Shown: positions 32,710 through 42,825, counted from the stretch's first letter. The stretch: DNA of 64,000 nucleotides from an uncultured Actinomycetes bacterium (GCA_963725665.1 CAVRZA010000001.1:160001-224000); one strand, 5' to 3'. Notes: generated by a model from the sequence alone, not told the origin. Numbers and translations: made by a program.

Positions 32710-33426
32710 ATGACGACTCCCGACCAGATGCGGCAGGCGGGTCACCACGACAGCGGCATGCTGCCGCTGCGTGCCATCGACCGCCGGTCCCTCGCCGACG
32801 AGGTCGCCGAGCGCGTGCGCGAAGCCGTGCTTGCCGGCGCCCTGCGCGCCGGTGAGCGAGTGTCGGACAGCCGTCTGGCGCAGGAGCTTGGCGTCGGGCG
32901 CAGCACCATGCGCGAGGCCTTCCGCATCCTGCTCTCCGAGGGCCTGCTGGAATCGAGGGGTCACGGTGTGCGCATCGCCCAGCTCACCGTCGATGACGTG
33001 CAAGACACCTTCGAGTTGCGGCTGGCGGTCGAGTGCCGCGCGGCTCGCATGGTTGCCGAGCGGCGTGATCCCGAGGACATCGCCGAGCTGAGGGCGATCG
33101 TGGATGAGTACGCACGAGCCGTCGCGGAGGATGACGCGCCGACCGTCGTGCAACTCGACCTGCGCTTTCACGAGACTCTCTGCCGCCTGAGCGGGAGCCG
33201 TCGCCTGCACGAGGCGTTCACTCGCGACGTCGTCAAGATGCTCGTCCTGCTGCAGGTCGACCACGACATCTACCAGCCACTCTCAGACTGGACGGACGAG
33301 CTGCCGCGGATCTTCGCCGCCATCGAGAGCGGTGACGCCGACGCCGCGGGAGCGGCCATCGAGGCGCACATCGAGGGTTCGCGTCACGCACTGGTCGACT
33401 TGGCCAGACAGCAGCGGCTCGCCTAG
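32710..33426 (+). CDS. GntR/FadR-family transcriptional regulator
   Basis: LADEVAERVREAVLAG.L..GER, LAQELGVGRSTMREA, FCD domain (DLRFHETL...SGS). Confidence 0.92.
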   Translation: MTTPDQMRQAGHHDSGMLPLRAIDRRSLADEVAERVREAVLAGALRAGERVSDSRLAQELGVGRSTMREAFRILLSEGLLESRGHGVRIAQLTVDDVQDTFELRLAVECRAARMVAERRDPEDIAELRAIVDEYARAVAEDDAPTVVQLDLRFHETLCRLSGSRRLHEAFTRDVVKMLVLLQVDHDIYQPLSDWTDELPRIFAAIESGDADAAGAAIEAHIEGSRHALVDLARQQRLA

Positions 33427-33472
33427 CTTGCGGCGATCCGGCCGGCCGGCCGGGCTGCGGCGGTGAACTCGG

Positions 33473-34216
33473 TTAGCGTTGGCGGAAGCGGCAGCCGTCG
33501 AGGTCGCAGCTCTCGCAGAGGTGCAACCTGGGGTCGCCCGACGTCGCTTCTGAGACCAGCGGCAGCCAGCAGCTGAAGGTCTTGAGCGGGCGCATGGTGC
33601 CGGCTGCGTCGAGGCTCACGCCGATAGCGGCCGCATCGACGCAGGCGAACAGCTCGTGCTGGAGGGGCGGCGGCAGGGTGCCGACAGCCGGCACCAGAGG
33701 CGCGCCCACGTAAAGGCCTGAGCGGGCGGCGACACGAGCCACGTGCCGCCAGCCGAGCATCTCTAGCGATTCCAGCGCCGCCAGCACGACCGCGTCGAAC
33801 ACCCAGGCGTCGAGCGGCCCGGACGCCGCCGAGAGCTCCGCTCCGGCGGCGTCGGGGCCCGCGCCCATGGTGCAGACCAGGGCGGCCAGGGCGCGCGGTG
33901 TGGCACCGACGGCCTGGACGCCGAACGAGAGCGAGCGGCCGCCGGCCAGCGTGAGACGCTCGCCGGCGGCCGCATCGACGGCGTGCAGGGCGACGGCGTA
34001 ACGGGGCTGAGCGCTCGAGGGTAATAGCGGGGTCACGGCTGCGATACGATCGCGCAGCATGGCACGGGAGCGCGCGCTATCTCCGCCGGCCATCCGCACG
34101 ACGTCGGCGGCGTCAAACGATAACTCCACGACCGACACCTCGACGAGCGTCGTAGTGCCGTCGACGTCCAAGTGGGCGCCGAGCTCCGGCGCCTTCCCGG
34201 TCGGTCCGCTACTCAC
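33473..34216 (-). CDS. Protein resembling a stand-alone B12 methionine synthase activation domain (divergent)
   Basis: ALVCTMG...DA....ALE...Q.ELF...DAAAIGVSL...GTMRPLKTFS and C-terminal CxxC...CxFR; located in the corrinoid locus; RBS aaggaggg. Confidence 0.65.
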   Translation of the reverse strand: MSSGPTGKAPELGAHLDVDGTTTLVEVSVVELSFDAADVVRMAGGDSARSRAMLRDRIAAVTPLLPSSAQPRYAVALHAVDAAAGERLTLAGGRSLSFGVQAVGATPRALAALVCTMGAGPDAAGAELSAASGPLDAWVFDAVVLAALESLEMLGWRHVARVAARSGLYVGAPLVPAVGTLPPPLQHELFACVDAAAIGVSLDAAGTMRPLKTFSCWLPLVSEATSGDPRLHLCESCDLDGCRFRQR

Positions 34217-34423
34217 GCTGCCCTCCTTTGACGACAAGGTCAACGGCCTACGCGAAGCGTACGCCACGCGGCCCGCGCTCCGAAAGGACGCTCGTGCAGG
34301 CTCTGCTGCGGGCAGGAGCCGCCTCGCCGTAGTGCTCTCGGGGCTGCGCTGTTGCTGGGTCCCTGACCGCAGGGCGCGGGCCTCGCATCCGTTGCCCGTC
34401 GTGATATAGGCATTTCATATCTC

Positions 34424-34437
34424 GCTCTATATAGAGC
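34424..34437. promoter_or_regulatory. Palindrome in an AT-rich promoter-like region
   Basis: gctctatatagagc, perfect 14-bp palindrome. Confidence 0.4.
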
Positions 34438-34507
34438 CGGTTCCTGGTATGTCGCTTTGAACTAACTGGATCCTTGGTCACGTCGATCGTCGACGCCGAG
34501 AGGAGAG

Positions 34508-34780
34508 ATGACTATGACTGAAGTCATCGCCGACCCCTCAACGGGGACGAACGTCGTCACGGACCCCTCGACTGGGCTGCGGATGGTCGAGCTCAGTCAC
34601 GTCTGGGGTCACGGCGTTCCATCTCCGCCCGGAGAGACGGACGTCAGGATGGTCCGTGCCGTCAAGCACGTGCAGCACGGGTCCTATCGCGCCGGGCCCG
34701 ATCGAGTCGAGTTCCATGCGGGCACCCGCTCGTTCCTCCCTGCTCCGTGCAGAGTGTGGGGCGAGTCAGATCGAAGCTAA
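34508..34780 (+). pseudogene. Cyclase/kynurenine-formamidase-family N-terminal fragment
   Basis: Strong RBS; MVELSHVWGHGVPSPPG matches the family N-terminus. HxGTHxDxP motif is not intact (HAGTR) and the ORF stops at 90 aa. Confidence 0.55.
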
Positions 34781-34993
34781 CCGTTGAGGCGGACGCCGGC
34801 CGTTGCGCGTTCGCCGAGTCCACCGGGCAGCGTCCGGGGTCGGCATGGGCCGCGACGAGCTCGCGTCGTGTTGCCGCCGCACGCTCCGGTGGCCGCTCCC
34901 GGCGTCCGGGGCGTACGATTCCACTGTCGGCGCGGCCGGGCGAACCACGAGAACGGCGGGCCGCGGCGATGAGGATCCTTCGAGAAGGAAGAG

Positions 34994-36409
34994 GTGAGGC
35001 AGGTGAGTGACGACGGTCTCGAGCAGATCATCGGCGAGCTCTACCCGTATGCGAAGGCGACGACGGCCTATCACTGCGTGCCGGCCGAGCCGGTCGACCG
35101 CGCGGCGATCCTGGCCGAGATCGCCGACATGGCGCACGCCGAGGACGCCCGGGGCGACAAGGGCACGGTGTCAGGGAGCCTCTACTGCGGCGACCACGAC
35201 CACTACCACTTCCTCGGCGAGGTCTTCGACCTCTACTCGCACGCCAACGTGCTGCAGCGCGACATGTACCCGAGCGCCACCAAGTTCGAGGGCGAGATCA
35301 TCGCCATGACCTCCGACCTGCTGCACGGGACGGGTATCGGCGTCGTCACGGGCGGCGGATCGGAGAGCCTCATCACCGCGCTGTACTCCTACCGCGAGGA
35401 TGCGCGCGAGACGCGCGACGTCACCCGCCCGAACGTCGTCATGCCGGTGACTGGCCACGTGGCACTCGACAAGGGCGCGCACTGGCTGGGCGTCGAGATG
35501 CGCCACGCGCCCCTCACCGACGGCTACGTCGCCGACGTCGCCGCGATGGCCGGGCTCATCGACGACCAGACCATCGCCCTCGTCGGCAGCGCGGCCAACT
35601 ACGCGCACGGCCTCATCGACCCCATCGAGGAGATCGCGTCGCTCGCCCAGTCGCACGACATCGGTCTGCACGTCGACGGCTGTCTCGGCGGCTGGCTGCT
35701 GCCGTGGGTCGAGCGTCTCGGGTACGACGTACCGCTCTGGGACTTCCGCGTGCCGGGCGTCACGTCGATCTCGGCCGACACGCACAAGTACGGCTACGCT
35801 CTCAAGGGCTCGAGCGTGCTGCTGTACCGGGACAAGGACCTGCGCAAGCACCAGTACTTCACCTACCCGGACTGGCCCGGCGGTCTCTACGTGTCGCCGG
35901 GCTTCGCCGGCTCGCGCAGCGGCGGCATCCTCTCCTCCACCTGGGCCGCCCTTGTGGCGACGGGGGAGTCGGGCTATCTCGCTGCGGCCGACGCCATCAT
36001 GCGCACCGCCGCGACTATCCGCGACGGCATCCGCGACGGCATCCCCGAGCTCGAGGTCATGGGCGACCCCACGTTCCTCATCGCGTTCAAGGCGGCCGGT
36101 GACCTCGACATCTACCTCGTCAACGACTCGCTCATCGCCCAGGGCTGGCGGATGATCGCCCTGCAGATGCCGCCGGCGCTGCACTTCTGCGTCACGCGGC
36201 CCAACACCGCGCCGGGCCTGGCCGAGTCGTTCCTCGAGGCGCTGCGCGTGGCGGTCGGGTACGCCGCGGAGCACAAGGGCCAGAAAGCCAAGTCGGGCGT
36301 GGTGTACGGCTTCGGCGGCACGCCCTTCGGCAATGAAATGGTGAAGTTCGCGATGGTGCGCTTCCTCGACGCGATGCACGAGGTCGCTCCCGACGCCCCG
36401 GCGTCCTGA
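34994..36409 (+). CDS. Sphingosine-1-phosphate-lyase-like PLP enzyme
   Basis: VSGSLY, HANVLQRDMYPSATKFEGEIIAM, HGLIDPIEEI, LHVDGCLGG, SISADTHKYGY (PLP Lys), WPGGLYVSPGFAGSRSGG. Confidence 0.85.
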   Translation: MRQVSDDGLEQIIGELYPYAKATTAYHCVPAEPVDRAAILAEIADMAHAEDARGDKGTVSGSLYCGDHDHYHFLGEVFDLYSHANVLQRDMYPSATKFEGEIIAMTSDLLHGTGIGVVTGGGSESLITALYSYREDARETRDVTRPNVVMPVTGHVALDKGAHWLGVEMRHAPLTDGYVADVAAMAGLIDDQTIALVGSAANYAHGLIDPIEEIASLAQSHDIGLHVDGCLGGWLLPWVERLGYDVPLWDFRVPGVTSISADTHKYGYALKGSSVLLYRDKDLRKHQYFTYPDWPGGLYVSPGFAGSRSGGILSSTWAALVATGESGYLAAADAIMRTAATIRDGIRDGIPELEVMGDPTFLIAFKAAGDLDIYLVNDSLIAQGWRMIALQMPPALHFCVTRPNTAPGLAESFLEALRVAVGYAAEHKGQKAKSGVVYGFGGTPFGNEMVKFAMVRFLDAMHEVAPDAPAS

Positions 36410-36410
36410 C

Positions 36411-38027
36411 ATGGGTGATCGCTGGATCCTGGCCATCGACCACGGCAACGGCAGCTCGAAGGTCGCCGTGTGCTCGCTCGAGGGCGAGGTGCTCGCGACC
36501 GGTCTGCGCCCCGTCCACGTGCACGTGGGGTTCGACGGTTCGGCGACGCAGGACGCCGTCGAATGGTGGGTCGCGCTGCGCGAAGCGGCGCGCGAGGCGA
36601 TTGAGCGCGCCGGAGCCGGCCGCGACGAGCTGCACGCGGTCGCGATCACAGGACAGTGGGCTTCGTCCGTGCCCGTCGGCGCCGACGGTCAGCCGGTGGG
36701 CGAGGTGTTGCTGTGGTCTGACACACGCGCGCGCGACCTCGCGCGCGAGGTCATCGGGGGGCCGGTCACCGTGGGCGGCTTCGCGCCGCACAAGGTGCTG
36801 CCGTTCGTTCGCATCACCGGCGGGGCGCCGTCGCCGAGCGGCGCCGACCCCACCGGCCACTCGCTGCTGCTGCGCGAGCGGCTCACCGAGGTCTACGCGA
36901 AGACCGCCCTGATCCTGGAGCCGGTCGACTACCTCGGGCTGAGGTTCACCGGCCGGTCAGCCGCGACGCCCGCGTCGATGATCGCCTCATGGATCACCGA
37001 CAACCGTCCCGGCGCACCGCTGGGCTACGTCGGCTCGCTCGTCGCGAAGACGCGGCGAGACCCGGCGCGCCTGCCCGAGCTCATCCCGACCGGCTCCGTG
37101 CTCGGCCCGCTGCTGCCCGAGGTCGCGTCAGAGCTCGGCGTCGCGCCGGGGGCGCCGGTCGTCTGCGGTATCCCCGACCTGCATGCCGCCGTTGTGGGCT
37201 CGGGAGCCGTCGCGCCGTTCGAGACTCACATCGCGGTGTCCACCACGTCGTGGATCGGCGCCCGCGTGCCGTTCAAGCGCACCGACATCCTGCATCAGAT
37301 CGCGACCGTCCCGGGTCTCGACCCCGCGCACCCTATCGTGGCGAACAACCAGGAGACCGGCGGGGCCTCGCTGCGCTGGCTGCGCGAGCAGATCGTCGCG
37401 CCCAACGACGACCTGCCCGGCGGCGGCAGCGGCATCGGGGCGAGTGGTGCGGCCGGGGAGACGCTCTCGCCGACGTTCGACGACCTTATCCGCCTTGCGG
37501 AGCGTGCCCCGGCGGGCTGCGAAGGGCTGCTGTTCATGCCGTGGCTCGACGGCGAACGATGCCCGGCAGAGGACAAGGTCGTGCGTGCGGGGTGGCTGAA
37601 CGCGTCGTTGCGCACCGATCGCGCGATGCTGGTGCGCTCGGTGCTCGAGGGCGTGGCCTACAACTCGCGGTGGCTGCTCGACGCCTATGAGAAGTACCTC
37701 AAGCAGCCCGTCCCCAAGCTGCGCATCCTCGGGGGCGGCGCGCAGAGCGATCTGTGGTGCCAGATCTACGCCGACATCCTCGGACGCCCGGTCCAGCAGG
37801 TGGCCGACCCCCGGCACGCGCAGTTGCGCGGCGTCGCCCTGTGGGCGCGAGTCTGCCTGGGCGAGCTCACCCTGGAGGACGTGCCCGCCTTCGTGCCCGT
37901 CCCCGCGACGTTCGCACCGTCAGCCGACACGCGGGCATACGCCGAGGGATACGCGGAGTACCGCAAGCTCTTCGGCAAGCTCAAAGGGCTCTACCACCGG
38001 CTGAACTCGAGGAAGGTGAGGTCGTGA
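36411..38027 (+). CDS. FGGY-family carbohydrate kinase (xylulokinase-like)
   Basis: LAIDHGNGSSKVA, QDAVEWW, ITGQW, LWSDTR, LLFMPWLDGERCP, RSVLEGVAY, GGGAQSDLWCQIYADIL. Confidence 0.9.
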   Translation: MGDRWILAIDHGNGSSKVAVCSLEGEVLATGLRPVHVHVGFDGSATQDAVEWWVALREAAREAIERAGAGRDELHAVAITGQWASSVPVGADGQPVGEVLLWSDTRARDLAREVIGGPVTVGGFAPHKVLPFVRITGGAPSPSGADPTGHSLLLRERLTEVYAKTALILEPVDYLGLRFTGRSAATPASMIASWITDNRPGAPLGYVGSLVAKTRRDPARLPELIPTGSVLGPLLPEVASELGVAPGAPVVCGIPDLHAAVVGSGAVAPFETHIAVSTTSWIGARVPFKRTDILHQIATVPGLDPAHPIVANNQETGGASLRWLREQIVAPNDDLPGGGSGIGASGAAGETLSPTFDDLIRLAERAPAGCEGLLFMPWLDGERCPAEDKVVRAGWLNASLRTDRAMLVRSVLEGVAYNSRWLLDAYEKYLKQPVPKLRILGGGAQSDLWCQIYADILGRPVQQVADPRHAQLRGVALWARVCLGELTLEDVPAFVPVPATFAPSADTRAYAEGYAEYRKLFGKLKGLYHRLNSRKVRS

Positions 38028-39313
38028 ACGATCGCTACCGCGTCTACGGCTACCGCTGGGTGGTCCTGGCGGTCTTCATGCTCGTCAACCTCACGATCCA
38101 GGTGCTGTGGATCAGCTACGCGCCGATCAACAGCCTCGCCTCGAAGTACTACGGCGTCTCCGACCTGGCGATCGGCGCCCTGGCGATGTCGTTCATGGTC
38201 GTCTTCATCCCGATGGCGCTTCCGGCCGCCTGGGTGATCGACACGCGGGGCTTTCGCCGGGCCGTCGGCGTGGGCGTCGTGCTGATGTCCGTCTTCGGCG
38301 TCGCCCGCGGGCTGGCCGGGACGAGCTACACGCTGGTGCTGCTCAGCACCCTCGGCATCGCCGTCGCCCAGCCGTTCCTGCTGGACGCGTGGACCAAGGT
38401 ACCGGCCAACTGGTTCGCGCCGCGCGAGCGTGCGACGGCCGTAGGCCTGATCACGCTCGCCAGCATGCTCGGGATCGCGGTCGGCATGGTGCTCTCGCCG
38501 ATCCTCGCCGACGCGATGTCGATCGCCTCCCTGCAGCTCATCTACGGCGGGCTGGCGGCCGCCTCGGCGGTCGCGTTCCTCGCGCTGGCGCGCGAGCACC
38601 CGGCGACGCCGCCGTGCCCTCCCGAGATGGAGGAACGAGCGCTGATGCTCGACGGCCTGCGGCACGCGCTCAGGGTGAGGCCGTTCCTGGTCATGCTGGG
38701 TGTCGCCTTCATCGTCATGAGCGCCTTCAACGGCGTGACGACCTGGGTCGAGGAGATCATCCACCCTCGCGGCTTCAGCACCAACGACGCCGGCGTCATG
38801 GGCGCCCTGATGTTGCTGGCTGGGATCATCGGGGCGGTCGTCCTCTCGGCTCTCTCGGATCGCCGAGGCAAGCGCGTCCGCTTCATGGTGATCGCCCTGG
38901 TGGCCGCCATACCGGGGATCCTCGGTGTCGCGTTCGTATCGTCCGCGCTGCTTCTCTACGCCTTCGCCGCGCTCCTCGGCTTCTTCCTCGTCGCCGTGCT
39001 GCCGATCGGCATGCAGTACGCCGCGGAGATCACCAACCCCACGCCCGAGGGCACGTCCAATGGGCTCATCCAGCTCTGCGGGCAGGCTTCGGTGGTCTCC
39101 GTCTACATCATGGCCGCGTTGCGCACGTCGAACGGCTCGTTCACGGTGTCGCTCCTGTTGCTGGCGGGCCTGCTCGCCGCCTGCGCCCTGGCGCTGTCGC
39201 GCCTCAAGGATGCAGGGCTTGTGGTCGCGCCCGCCACCGTTGCGACTGTCGCCGCCGGAGGGCTGCGCGAGGAGCTTGCTGGGACGGTCCCGCCGGCGTC
39301 AGCCGGCGACTGA
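38024..39313 (+). CDS. MFS transporter (FLVCR/SLC49-like pattern)
   Basis: Y.YRWVVL, W.SYAPI, AQPFLL...KVPANWF...ERATA, EITNPTPEGTSNG; ~12 TM; GTGA overlap with the kinase. Confidence 0.85.
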   Translation: MNDRYRVYGYRWVVLAVFMLVNLTIQVLWISYAPINSLASKYYGVSDLAIGALAMSFMVVFIPMALPAAWVIDTRGFRRAVGVGVVLMSVFGVARGLAGTSYTLVLLSTLGIAVAQPFLLDAWTKVPANWFAPRERATAVGLITLASMLGIAVGMVLSPILADAMSIASLQLIYGGLAAASAVAFLALAREHPATPPCPPEMEERALMLDGLRHALRVRPFLVMLGVAFIVMSAFNGVTTWVEEIIHPRGFSTNDAGVMGALMLLAGIIGAVVLSALSDRRGKRVRFMVIALVAAIPGILGVAFVSSALLLYAFAALLGFFLVAVLPIGMQYAAEITNPTPEGTSNGLIQLCGQASVVSVYIMAALRTSNGSFTVSLLLLAGLLAACALALSRLKDAGLVVAPATVATVAAGGLREELAGTVPPASAGD

Positions 39314-39440
39314 CCCGCAAGGGAGTCGGTCTACCTCACCGGGGGTGTAGGCTGTAGGCGCCGGCTGGGCCGGCCTCGTGTGCTCACGACCCCGTCGCGT
39401 GCCGCGCGACGGTCGCAACACCGTTTGGGAGGAGATCCGG

Positions 39441-41033
39441 ATGGCGACGATCGTCGCGGACAGTGCGCTGCAGGAACGACAGTGGTCGTCGAGGGTGGGC
39501 TCGGCCATGCTCGCGCGCCTGGCGGCGCGCGCGGCCGTGGCCGAGCCCACCGAGACGATGCCCGTCGAGATGCCCTTCACCGGCGAGACGCTCGGCGAGG
39601 TGCCCGAGGGGCGGGCCGCCGACGTCGAGCAGGCCGCCGGCGCCGCGCGCGCGGCGCAGGCGGCCTGGGCGCAGCGGCCCGCCGCAGAGCGTGCCGCCAT
39701 CTTCCTGCGCTTCCACGACCTGCTCATCGACAACGCGCACGAGGTCCTCGATCTCATCCAGCTCGAGAACGGCAAGGCCCGCCGCCACGCCTTCGAGGAG
39801 GTCCTCGACGTCGCCATCCAGGCGCGCTACTACGCGCATACGGCCGAGGACTTCCTGCGCCCGCGCCGCCGCCAGGGCGCGCTACCGGTGCTCACCAAGA
39901 CCTTCGAGTTGCACCATCCCCGCGGCGTCATCGGGATGATCTCTCCGTGGAACTACCCTCTCATTCTGACCATCGGTGACGCCGTCCCCGCGCTGCTCGC
40001 CGGCAACGGGGTCATCCTCAAGCCCGACGCGCAGACGCCGTTCGTGGCACTCTGGGGAGTCGCGCTGCTCGTCGAGGCCGGCCTGCCGCGCGAGCTGCTG
40101 CAGGTGGTCACCGGTCGCGGCTCCGAGCTGGGCGGGCCGATCATTGAGGCGACCGACTACCTCATGTTCACGGGCTCGACGGACACCGGCAAGAGGGTGG
40201 CGGCAAAGGCGGCGTCACAGCTCAAGGACTACGCCATGGAGCTGGGCGGCAAGAACCCGCTCCTGGTCCTGCCCGACGCGGGCCTCGGCGCCGCCACAGC
40301 GGGCGCCGTGCGCGGCATCTGCTCGAACAGTGGCGAGCTCTGCGTCGGCATCGAGCGGCTCTACGTGCACGACGCCGTCTATGACGCCTTCGTCCCGAAG
40401 CTCGCTCAGGCCATGCGTGAGGTGCGCCTCGGCGCGGGACTCGACTTCAGCGCGGACATGGGCTCGCTGATCAGCGCCCAGCAGCTCGCCACGATCGAGG
40501 CGCACGTGGATGACGCCGTAGGAAAGGGGGCCGAGGTGCTGGCGGGCGGGCGCGCCCGCCCCGACCTCGGCCCCTACTTCTACGAGCCGACGTTGCTCGT
40601 CGGTGTCACCGAGGACATGGCCGTGTGCCGCGCCGAGACGTTCGGCCCTGTGGCCGCGGTCTACCGCTGCACGTCGGTCGACGAGATGGTGGCGCGCGCC
40701 AACGACACCGCGTATGGCCTCAACGCCAGCGTCTGGACGCGCGATGCGCGCACAGGCCTGGAGGTCGCCGAGCGTCTGCAGGCGGGCACCGTCAATGTCA
40801 ACGAGGCCTACGCGGCAAGCTGGGCCTCGGCCAGCCCGATGGGCGGCTTCAAGGAGTCGGGGATGGGGCGGCGTCACGGCGCTACCGGCATCCTGAAGTA
40901 CACCGAGGCGCAGACCGTGGCGACGCAGAGGCTGCTCGCCATCGACACGCCGCCGTTCCTCAAGCACGAGCAGTACGCGACCGTGATGAGTCTGGCGATG
41001 CGCGTGCTCAAGCGCACGCCCGGCATCCAGTGA
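39441..41033 (+). CDS. NAD(P)-dependent aldehyde dehydrogenase (GabD2-like)
   Basis: ISPWNYP, FTGST, MELGGKNP, GELCVG (catalytic Cys), ETFGPV, GGFKESG. Confidence 0.93.
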   Translation: MATIVADSALQERQWSSRVGSAMLARLAARAAVAEPTETMPVEMPFTGETLGEVPEGRAADVEQAAGAARAAQAAWAQRPAAERAAIFLRFHDLLIDNAHEVLDLIQLENGKARRHAFEEVLDVAIQARYYAHTAEDFLRPRRRQGALPVLTKTFELHHPRGVIGMISPWNYPLILTIGDAVPALLAGNGVILKPDAQTPFVALWGVALLVEAGLPRELLQVVTGRGSELGGPIIEATDYLMFTGSTDTGKRVAAKAASQLKDYAMELGGKNPLLVLPDAGLGAATAGAVRGICSNSGELCVGIERLYVHDAVYDAFVPKLAQAMREVRLGAGLDFSADMGSLISAQQLATIEAHVDDAVGKGAEVLAGGRARPDLGPYFYEPTLLVGVTEDMAVCRAETFGPVAAVYRCTSVDEMVARANDTAYGLNASVWTRDARTGLEVAERLQAGTVNVNEAYAASWASASPMGGFKESGMGRRHGATGILKYTEAQTVATQRLLAIDTPPFLKHEQYATVMSLAMRVLKRTPGIQ

Positions 41034-41099
41034 GCGGGGGCATCCGATGAGGACTGGAAAGGCAGGGAGGACACCGAGACCGACGGGGCGGGTGGCGCC

Positions 41100-41957
41100 A
41101 TGACCCTCGTTGCGACCAAGCACGTGCTCGTCACCGGCGGAGCCTCGGGCATCGGGCGCGGCCTCGTGCTGCGCTGCGCCGCGCTGGGTGCGGCGGTGAG
41201 CATCCTCGACCTCGACGAGGGCGGCGCCGAGCGGGCGGCCGCCGAGGCGGCCGCCCTCGGCGCCGCCCAGGCCGCCGGCTACGCCTGCGACGTGAGCGAC
41301 CGCGGCCAGGTGGCCGCAGTCGCCGAGCGGGTGCGAGCCGAGCTCGGGCCGGTCGACATCCTGGTCAACAACGCCGGTGTCGTCAGTGGCCAGTCGCTCC
41401 TCGACCTGAGCGACGAGCGCATCGAGAAGACGTTTGGCGTCAACACCCTGGCCCTGTTCTGGGTGACGCGCGCCTTCTTGCCGGCCATGGTCGCTCGCGA
41501 CAGCGGCCACGTCGTCGTGGTGGCGTCGGCGGCGGGCCTCATCGGCTCGCCTCGCGAGACCGACTACGCGGCCAGCAAGCACGCCGCCGTCGGCTTCACT
41601 GAGGCGCTGCGCTTCGAGCTGCGGCGCAGCGCCCCGCACGTGCGCACCACCGTCGTCTGCCCCTTCTACATCGACACGGGCATGTTCGCCGGCGTCAAGA
41701 CGCGCTTCCCGCTGCTGCTGCCGATCCTGCGCGAGGACGACGTCGTCGAAGCGGTCTTGCACGCCATCCAGCGCGACCGGCCCGTGGTGCAGATGCCGTT
41801 CATGGTGCGCACGCTGCCGGCGATGCGCCTGCTGCCGACCTGGGCCTTCGACCGCTTGGCCGACTTCTTCGGCGTCACCGCTGCCATGGACGAGTTCACC
41901 GGGCGCGGGCCGGCGGCGCCGGCGACGTCGCCCGAGCCGGCCGGGCAGGTGGAGTAG
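41100..41957 (+). CDS. Short-chain dehydrogenase/reductase (retinol dehydrogenase / 17b-HSD11-like)
   Basis: TGGASGIG, CDVSD, LVNNAGV, DYAASK, CPFYIDTGMF. Confidence 0.92.
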   Translation: MTLVATKHVLVTGGASGIGRGLVLRCAALGAAVSILDLDEGGAERAAAEAAALGAAQAAGYACDVSDRGQVAAVAERVRAELGPVDILVNNAGVVSGQSLLDLSDERIEKTFGVNTLALFWVTRAFLPAMVARDSGHVVVVASAAGLIGSPRETDYAASKHAAVGFTEALRFELRRSAPHVRTTVVCPFYIDTGMFAGVKTRFPLLLPILREDDVVEAVLHAIQRDRPVVQMPFMVRTLPAMRLLPTWAFDRLADFFGVTAAMDEFTGRGPAAPATSPEPAGQVE

Positions 41958-42168
41958 GGCCTCTGGCTACACCACACGCTGACTGCGCCTGAGCGGCCCC
42001 TCGCCGGAGGTAGAGACCGTCCGGTCGCTACCCCCACGGAGGCTCGCTGGCGGGGCGCAGAATCCTCCTGCAGACGACCGTGAGTTCCTACGTCCGGTGG
42101 ACGCGCTGAGCCTCGCGCCTCCCCTAAGCTGTGTCACAGGTCACGGAGACACGCACGAGGAGGACATC

Positions 42169-42766
42169 ATGAGCTCGATCGCGACCACGCAGGGAGAGGC
42201 CGGTCGCAGCCTCGACATCGGCCTGGCCTTCAAGCGGGCCTGGGGATTGTTCGTCAAGGACATCGCCCCGCTGCTCATCGGGGCGCTCATCGCCGGAGTG
42301 CTCAGCATCCTGACAGTCGGCATCCTGGCCGGCCCGCTGTTCGCCGGCCTGTACGGCATGGTGATCGGCCGCGTCAGGGACGGACGGCCGGCGCACGTGG
42401 GCGACGTCTTCGCCGGCCTGGGGCGCTTCTGGTCGTACTTCGCCGCCGCGCTCGTGCTGGTGATCCTCATCGGCCTGGCGTCGCTGACCATCGTCGGCGG
42501 CTTCTTGCTGGCCACCATCTGGATCTACGTGTTCCCGCTCATGGTGGACCGCCGCATGGGCCTGGGCGAGGCCATGAGCACCAGCAAGGACATGGTCATG
42601 AAGTCGGGCTTCTGGGAGCACCTGGCGCTCGTCCTCGATCGGTTTCGTCATCGCCGCCGTGGCCAACGGCGCGCTGGCGATCGTCGCCACGCCGTTCCTG
42701 GTCGTGCTCGTCTCGGCGGCCTACTTCGTGGCCGACGACAACGAGGCGACGCTCGCGAAAGCCTGA
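42169..42766 (+). CDS. Hypothetical membrane protein (1-nt frameshift near 42637)
   Basis: RBS gaggagga; hydrophobic helices continue in the shifted frame to TGA at 42766. Confidence 0.7.
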
Positions 42767-42789
42767 CACCGACGAGGTGACATCGGATG

Positions 42790-42825
42790 ACGACGCGCGG
42801 GCCGCTAAAGCGGCCCGCGCGTCGT
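42790..42825 (+). terminator. Intrinsic terminator-like hairpin
   Basis: acgacgcgcgggccgc-taaa-gcggcccgcgcgtcgt followed by tt. Confidence 0.65.
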
